A DNA stretch of 64,000 nucleotides from a virus (taxonomy: Duplodnaviria > Caudoviricetes): IMG/VR virus record IMGVR_UViG_3300025362_000477; one strand, 5' to 3'. The translations under genes were made by a program, and so were the position numbers. Below are positions 58,679-64,000 of this stretch, in pieces (the first letter of the stretch is position 1; every line of letters starts with the position of its first letter). The notes beneath the pieces are model-generated. The model saw nothing but the letters and a program-made list of their open reading frames with translations. It searched no databases and was not told where the DNA came from.

Positions 58679-59562
58679 AAGTGATTTTATTATATGATGT
58701 GATAGGATGGGCTTATTATCATGAAGCTATTGGTATGCAATCAGCTTTAATCAAACATTCTATAGAATGTGATATTGAAGCATATCCTAAATTTTATAAT
58801 TCTGATAGCCAAAAGAAACGAAATCAATATGATATTGTCTTTTTGATGCCCCGACAAGCAAATCCTTTAACATATCCAGCAACTAAAACAATAGTTAAAT
58901 TTTCTTCATTCGGTGACTTTTCAAAACAGAAGGAAATGAATACTGAGAACTTTGCTAGGTTTGTATGTACCAACAAACAAATTTATAGTCAGGCAATAAT
59001 GCAGTTACCTCATTTAAAAGATAAGATTCGATTCATCCCTTTAGCAGTAAGCACATCAAATTTTAAACCACTCAACAAAACTTATGATGGTAAATTGATT
59101 GTTGGATTTGCTGGTAACCATAAACGATCAAGTAAGGGATATGATTTAATTAAAGATTCTGTATCTAAATGTGGCACTTCTATAATATATAAAGAGGCAT
59201 TGGCTGGGCCAAATAGACTCAACTATAAACAGATGAATCAGTTCTATAATAGTGTTCATGTTATGATTTGCATGAGTGCTGCTGAGGGCGGACCTCTAAC
59301 TGGATTTGAATCTGGAGCTTGTGGTACTCCAATGATATGTGGATGTAAGAAATCCGCGATGGATGACATTATAATAGATAGAATCAATGGTTTCAATGTT
59401 GATAGAACGGTTGATTCCCTAACAGATAAGATAAAATTTTTATCTAATAATAAAAATATAGTTGAGAATGCATCTTCAAATATACTACATACTATCACAA
59501 CCAAACATTCGTGGGATATAGTAATTCCAAAATATATTTCATTATTTAAGGAGATTATATGA
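58675..59562 (+). CDS. GT-B (GT4-like) glycosyltransferase
   Basis: KGYD, EGGPLTGFESGACGTP, INGF. Confidence 0.88.
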   Translation: MKVILLYDVIGWAYYHEAIGMQSALIKHSIECDIEAYPKFYNSDSQKKRNQYDIVFLMPRQANPLTYPATKTIVKFSSFGDFSKQKEMNTENFARFVCTNKQIYSQAIMQLPHLKDKIRFIPLAVSTSNFKPLNKTYDGKLIVGFAGNHKRSSKGYDLIKDSVSKCGTSIIYKEALAGPNRLNYKQMNQFYNSVHVMICMSAAEGGPLTGFESGACGTPMICGCKKSAMDDIIIDRINGFNVDRTVDSLTDKIKFLSNNKNIVENASSNILHTITTKHSWDIVIPKYISLFKEII

Positions 59563-60275
59563 AAAAGATGTGTTTAGTTTTTTCTACAGGTAGATGTGGT
59601 ACTGCATTTTTATGTCAGAGATTTTCTGGAGAAAAATGGACCAGACAAAATAAATCAATATTACATCATAAAAACGGAGTCGTTACAACACATGAACGAG
59701 GTTTTGGGATTGGTAAAATAATCCCCGAATTAAAGAAAAATAAGTTTGGTTCAATTCAATCTATAAATACTCAAAAGAAATTCATTGATGATATGATAAA
59801 TAGTGTCAATAAAGAATATCCACAAACAGAAACATTTTTTATTAGTCATATGTCAATCGGTCGATATATATCACATTACATGTCCATCATTCCCAATATA
59901 GATTATCGAATATTATATATTGAACGGGATATGGATGATGTTGTCAAATCATATCGAGCTCGATTGGATGATGGTAAAAAAATTGGACGTTTATGGAATA
60001 TTATCTTAAATGATCCATTTGAACCTTCTGCCATCAATAAGATATCTAAAGAGAAATGGTCTTCAATATCATTTAAAGAGCAGATGGAGTGGTTTTGGAA
60101 AGAAACTAAAGATCAGAGAATCAATCTTAATTCAGTATTAGACTCCAGTAAAATAATGGATGTTGATTTCAAGACAATGTTTACTGATAAATCATCTTCA
60201 GATATTTCAGATTTTTTAGGGATCCCATATTATAGAATGGATGATAAAGTAAATATTCGAGATAAGAGTAAATAA
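59559..60275 (+). CDS. Sulfotransferase-family protein
   Basis: STGRCGTAFL (5'-PSB-like loop); IERDMDDVVKSY (3'-PB-like). Confidence 0.7.
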   Translation: MKKMCLVFSTGRCGTAFLCQRFSGEKWTRQNKSILHHKNGVVTTHERGFGIGKIIPELKKNKFGSIQSINTQKKFIDDMINSVNKEYPQTETFFISHMSIGRYISHYMSIIPNIDYRILYIERDMDDVVKSYRARLDDGKKIGRLWNIILNDPFEPSAINKISKEKWSSISFKEQMEWFWKETKDQRINLNSVLDSSKIMDVDFKTMFTDKSSSDISDFLGIPYYRMDDKVNIRDKSK

Positions 60276-60301
60276 TGTTATAAATTTTAAAAGGAGTACA
60301 T

Positions 60302-60880
60302 ATGAAAGACAGAGGACCAGTAGAAAGATTATATTTTGAAAGAGAAGATGTTGATGAAATTGTACGAAAAATATCCATGACTCGACATGTTGAACGATAT
60401 TGTATGATTCGTCAATGGTGTAAGGGGTTAGTAGTTGATTGTGCATCTGGTTGTGGTTATGGGACATTTTTAATCTCAGAAAACCCTGATGTTGACAATG
60501 TAATTGGTGTTGATGTATCAAAAGAAGCAATTGATTGGGCAGAGTTGAACTTTTCAAATGAAAAAATAAAATTTGAGAATGAACCGTTTCAAAATATTCC
60601 AAATATTTTGAATGGAATAAAACCTGATGTGTTAGTCAGTATAGAAACAATTGAACATATTAAAGATACCGAATCTTATATGAATTCTATTAAAAAAATT
60701 AATGCAGAATTGGTTATATTATCATACCCAACAAAGAAATCAACTCATTTTAATAAATTTCATCATCATGATTTTTCCGATAATGATATATCAAACATGT
60801 TCAATGATGCTGGTTACATTTCAACAAAGAATATTAATTTGTATAATGAATTATCATTAATTCTATTTCATAAAAGGTAA
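60302..60880 (+). CDS. Class I SAM-dependent methyltransferase
   Basis: H..RY, VVDCASGCGYG, GVD, SIETIEH, N.FH. Confidence 0.88.
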   Translation: MKDRGPVERLYFEREDVDEIVRKISMTRHVERYCMIRQWCKGLVVDCASGCGYGTFLISENPDVDNVIGVDVSKEAIDWAELNFSNEKIKFENEPFQNIPNILNGIKPDVLVSIETIEHIKDTESYMNSIKKINAELVILSYPTKKSTHFNKFHHHDFSDNDISNMFNDAGYISTKNINLYNELSLILFHKR

Positions 60881-60899
60881 AGTTTCCAGTTTAAATAAA

Positions 60900-60909
60900 T
60901 AGAATAAAT
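60900..60909 (+). promoter_or_regulatory. TAGAA(T/C)AAAT putative phage promoter motif (one of at least five exact intergenic copies)
   Basis: Also at 6871-6880(-), 8744-8753(-), 32474-32483(+), 48873-48882(+). Confidence 0.55.
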
Positions 60910-60947
60910 TAAAAAGGATTTAATCGAACTTAGTAAAGGAGTTTAAC

Positions 60948-63900
60948 ATGCCTTCAAGAAGAATATCAGCACCGGACGCACTAGCTCCGATACAGGAAAT
61001 ATCAGTTCAACCATATTCTGCATATAACAGTGATAATGTCAATATGTTAACACGGATTGTGAGTGGTAAACGTAATAGGGATTTTATCGTTAATGGGTTA
61101 GATGTATTTGGATATAATAGAGTGGATTCAGAAGATTTAGATACACCCGAATCTATTGGTGGAGATTTTCCATCTCAGGCATCCTTTGATTTAAATTGGA
61201 TTGGTTCCAATACTATATGGGATTCAGTTTCTGAATCAGTAGTTGCTACTATCCCATCACCATCCAGAGATATTGCTGCAACATTAACAACATTAAATGT
61301 TCTAACTGGTGATGTCGGTGATACTTACAAAATATCATTTACATTAACCAATACTCCAAAACAACTCCAAATTATACTGGGAAGTGAATCTCGGACATAT
61401 GATCATCCATCAAGTGGTGCATATGAATTATATTTAAAATTATATACATCTAACGGAACCAATAAAGTATTAACTTTCAAATCATTACTTGATCAAAGAG
61501 ATGATTATTCTGAACAATTATGTTATATTGATGATGTAACTCTAACTAGAGTTATTAATGTAGGTTCTGATATTGAACCTATTGCTGTTAGATTTGATGA
61601 AGAGAATTCAGTAGAATTAGATTGTGAAGATCTATCTATGGATCTTCTTCATCCCCATGAGACATCATTCATAAATCCTGGTATTGCAATTAAAGATGAG
61701 ACGATGCTCAATATGCTTGGAGTTCAAGAAGATCAGCCAGTATCAGATTTAGAATATGCTAGTGCAGATTCATGGATTCATGATGATCCTCTGGATATAA
61801 CTGATTTTGTTCCCGGTACACGAACATTAATTAAAGAGATAACTGTTGCAACTGGAGCAAGTACTTGGGAAGAATCCGTATTTGATGCTTCTGGTAAATT
61901 AACTGATTCTAAAGCACCACTTGATGATGGTGAAGATGCTACTTATATTAGAAAAGTTAGTGGTGATTTAAGTCAGATTGAAACAACGGGATCTGGATCT
62001 ACTAGTTCTACTGTGGTTTGGGCTTATGTATGTATGTACTATTCTTATTTCAAAAACCCAGAACCTAATAAAGCATATCTTGGATTAGTCAGAGAAGAAA
62101 ATTTAAATAGTGCTCGTTATGGTGAAGATTATTTAGTACTAGCAAAGGTTCGATTTATTGATATTGAAACGGTCGATGCTATTATTTATTATCCAGATAG
62201 AGTTGATTGGGGTTATATTGATGCTAAGAAATTAACATACGATCATGCTACTCAGTTAAAGCATTGGTTACAAAAACCATTGAACGTATCATCTGCATTG
62301 GATCTTCTTGCTAGTAGAATATATAACTTCAAAGGTATGTTATATTTCCAGACACATGAAGATTTTTCAAATTGGATAGGTGCAGATACAACTACTACTG
62401 ATAAGTATTTAAGATCTGATGGTGGTACTGGTATCATCGGTACTGGTCATGGACCTTCAGATTACCTACAATGGACTGATGGTGCTGATACCGAGAATAG
62501 TTATGATCTATGTGCCTATGTATTGGGTACTAATTCATTCTGGAGATCTGAAATCCTTACTGATGGATCTGATAATCCAGAAACATTAAATTATAATCTA
62601 AGAATTTTATGGTCAGAAATTCAGCAAAAAGTATTTGAAGTTAAATGGTCTAATATAAATAGCGGTGATTGGCCTTCAGCCATTCCTGATAATTGGTCAT
62701 ATTATGATGGATCTACTTGGGATGATGCACCAACATCTATACTTACATGGTCACAAGCAAAAACAAATTGGCCTAGTGAGTATTATGCTGAGAAGAGTAC
62801 TGGACCTGGTGGATTCTCTAAGATCAATCCATTCAACCCAGAAGGTATGGGAATGGTTCCTGGTCCAGATTCTAATATTGGTGATGTTAAATTTAATCGA
62901 TTCTTGAGAGCTGATGGTACTTGGCAAGATTGTGGTCATGGTATGTTAGTATTTGAAAATTATGAAGAGATGGCTACATGGTACAAAAGTGAATCTTATG
63001 AATGGGGTAGTGATACTATAGAATATACTATCACTTATGATGATAATGATAGTACTAGTGGATCAGTACCTGGATTTCAAACAAAAACTTTAGATGTTGA
63101 TTTAACTCTACGATTAAATACTGGGATATTAATAAAAACTAATTATGCATTTAATGGATGGAATACTAAAGCTGATGGTTCAGGTACTTCTTATTCTGTA
63201 GGGGCTAATTTCATAGTTGATGCTGATACGATTTTATATGCTGTATGGGCATTAGAATCTTGGACAATCACATATGATGCTAATGGTGCTACTGGTGCTG
63301 TTCCATCTGCAACTCTTGAACCAAAGGTTGGCGGATCAACTACTATAAGTGGTCAAGGTGCATTATTATATACAGATAAAGTTTTTGGTGGGTGGGATAC
63401 TGTATCTGGTGGTGGTGGCACTGCATATGCAGAATCAGATGTTGTCACTATTGGTGCAGATGATACATTGTATGCTCAATGGTTAGATGAATATACTATT
63501 ACTTATGATAAAAATGCTGCACTTGCTACTGGTACTATCACAGCTCAAACAAAAACTGAAGGTGTTGATATTACACTCGGGATTGGTACTGGTGTTATAG
63601 TTTATACTAATTACGAAATTGTTGAATGGAATACCCAAGCTGATGGTCTTGGTGATCCTTATGCTGAAGGTGGAACTTATACTGCTGATGATACTGTAAC
63701 TATGTATGCTCAATGGATATCGACCATTCCACCATATCCTTTAAGAATTTCATTGATAGATGAAGCTTCACCATATAGAAACTTGAGTAATAGAGAAGAT
63801 GCCAAAGCTGCTTATAATAATCAGGTCCTTTTACATCCTTATGATATAGCTATAGCGTTTGATGTAGACACGAGAGTTGGCGGTAATGGTATATGGGGAA

Positions 63901-64000
63901 GACAAGACAATTCAGCATCGCCTATTTGTCCAGTACCTATAGTTAAAATACCACGAGAGAGTTCAACGAATCCTGGATTCATTTTATCTGTATCGATGAT
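60948..64000 (+). CDS. Large (>1000 aa) putative virion/tail protein with three Listeria-Bacteroides (Flg_new/InlB B-type) repeats; runs off the window
   Basis: Not in the ORF track (no stop in window). AAGGAG SD, MPSRRISAPD...; the in-frame 63000-64000 segment gives YTITYD.N...W...ADG.G..Y...LYA.W three times. The middle section was not fully translated by hand. Confidence 0.8.
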   Translation, partial: MPSRRISAPDALAPIQEISVQPYSAYNSDNVNMLTRIVSGKRNRDFIVNGLDVFGYNRVDSEDLDTPESIGGDFPSQASFDLNWIGSNTIWDSVSESVVATIPSPSRDIAATLTTLNVLTGDVGDTYKISFTLTNTPKQLQIILGSESRTYDHPSSGAYELYLKLYTSNGTNKVLTFKSLLDQRDDYSEQLCYIDDVTLTRVINVGSDIEPIAVRFDEENSVELDCEDLSMDLLHPHETSFINPGIAIKDETMLNMLGVQEDQPVSDLEYASADSWIHDDPLDITDFVPGTRTLIKEITVATGASTWEESVFDASGKLTDSKAPLDDGEDATYIRKVSGDLSQIETTGSGSTSSTVVWAYVCMYYSYFKNPEPNKAYLGLVREENLNSARYGEDYLVLAKVRFIDIETVDAIIYYPDRVDWGYIDAKKLTYDHATQLKHWLQKPLNVSSALDLLASRIYNFKGMLYFQTHEDFSNWIGADTTTTDKYLRSDGGTGIIGTGHGPSDYLQWTDGADTENSYDLCAYVLGTNSFWRSEILTDGSDNPETLNYNLRILWSEIQQKVFEVKWSNINSGDWPSAIPDNWSYYDGSTWDDAPTSILTWSQAKTNWPSEYYAEKSTGPGGFSKINPFNPEGMGMVPGPDSNIGDVKFNRFLRADGTWQDCGHGMLVFENYEEMATWYKSESYEWGSDTIEYTITYDDNDSTSGSVPGFQTKTLDVDLTLRLNTGILIKTNYAFNGWNTKADGSGTSYSVGANFIVDADTILYAVWALESWTITYDANGATGAVPSATLEPKVGGSTTISGQGALLYTDKVFGGWDTVSGGGGTAYAESDVVTIGADDTLYAQWLDEYTITYDKNAALATGTITAQTKTEGVDITLGIGTGVIVYTNYEIVEWNTQADGLGDPYAEGGTYTADDTVTMYAQWISTIPPYPLRISLIDEASPYRNLSNREDAKAAYNNQVLLHPYDIAIAFDVDTRVGGNGIWGRQDNSASPICPVPIVKIPRESSTNPGFILSVSM

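Noticed and set aside
2185-63713. Short opposite-strand or alternate-frame ORFs in the track (e.g. 2185, 7779, 10653, 20494, 30372, 42131, 62665, 63483)
   Set aside because: They lie within well-supported genes and show no motifs or RBS; treated as shadow ORFs.
1-64000. Stop-codon reassignment (TAG/TGA), as in some large phages
   Set aside because: Long conserved genes are intact in the standard code and end at sensible positions with TAG (polymerase, exonuclease) or TGA (several genes).
1-64000. tRNA or rRNA genes
   Set aside because: No cloverleaf or rRNA-like segment recognised in the few intergenic gaps by eye; tRNAscan was not run.

Overview
AT-rich segment of a large tailed dsDNA phage with T4-like organisation (jumbo-phage-like). 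Coordinates 1-20011 are coded on the minus strand and 20471-64000 mostly on the plus strand. The window holds nucleotide-metabolism genes (class II RNR, ThyX, GMP reductase/IMPDH-like, MazG-like, two nucleoside deoxyribosyltransferase-like). It also holds a replication module (family B polymerase, clamp loader, clamp, primase, helicase, flap nuclease, RuvC) and a head module (portal, prohead protease, major capsid protein, neck). The right end carries a glycosyl/methyl/sulfotransferase cluster and the start of a >1000-aa virion-like protein. Eight free-standing homing-endonuclease-like genes are scattered through it. Main observations: (1) two fractured genes rejoined by split inteins, each with an endonuclease gene between the halves - the clamp loader, whose intein N-fragment is only 14 aa, and NrdJ, whose C-half is missing from the ORF track; (2) a GC-rich array of small genes at 16.7-18.8 kb separated by attC-like hairpins with a conserved 9-nt geometry; (3) a TGT/DpdA-like gene inside the replication operon plus a QueC-like gene; (4) a UDG-like domain fused to PolB; (5) a recurring TAGAA(T/C)AAAT promoter-like motif. 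All family assignments come from motif recognition by eye; no database searches were run.
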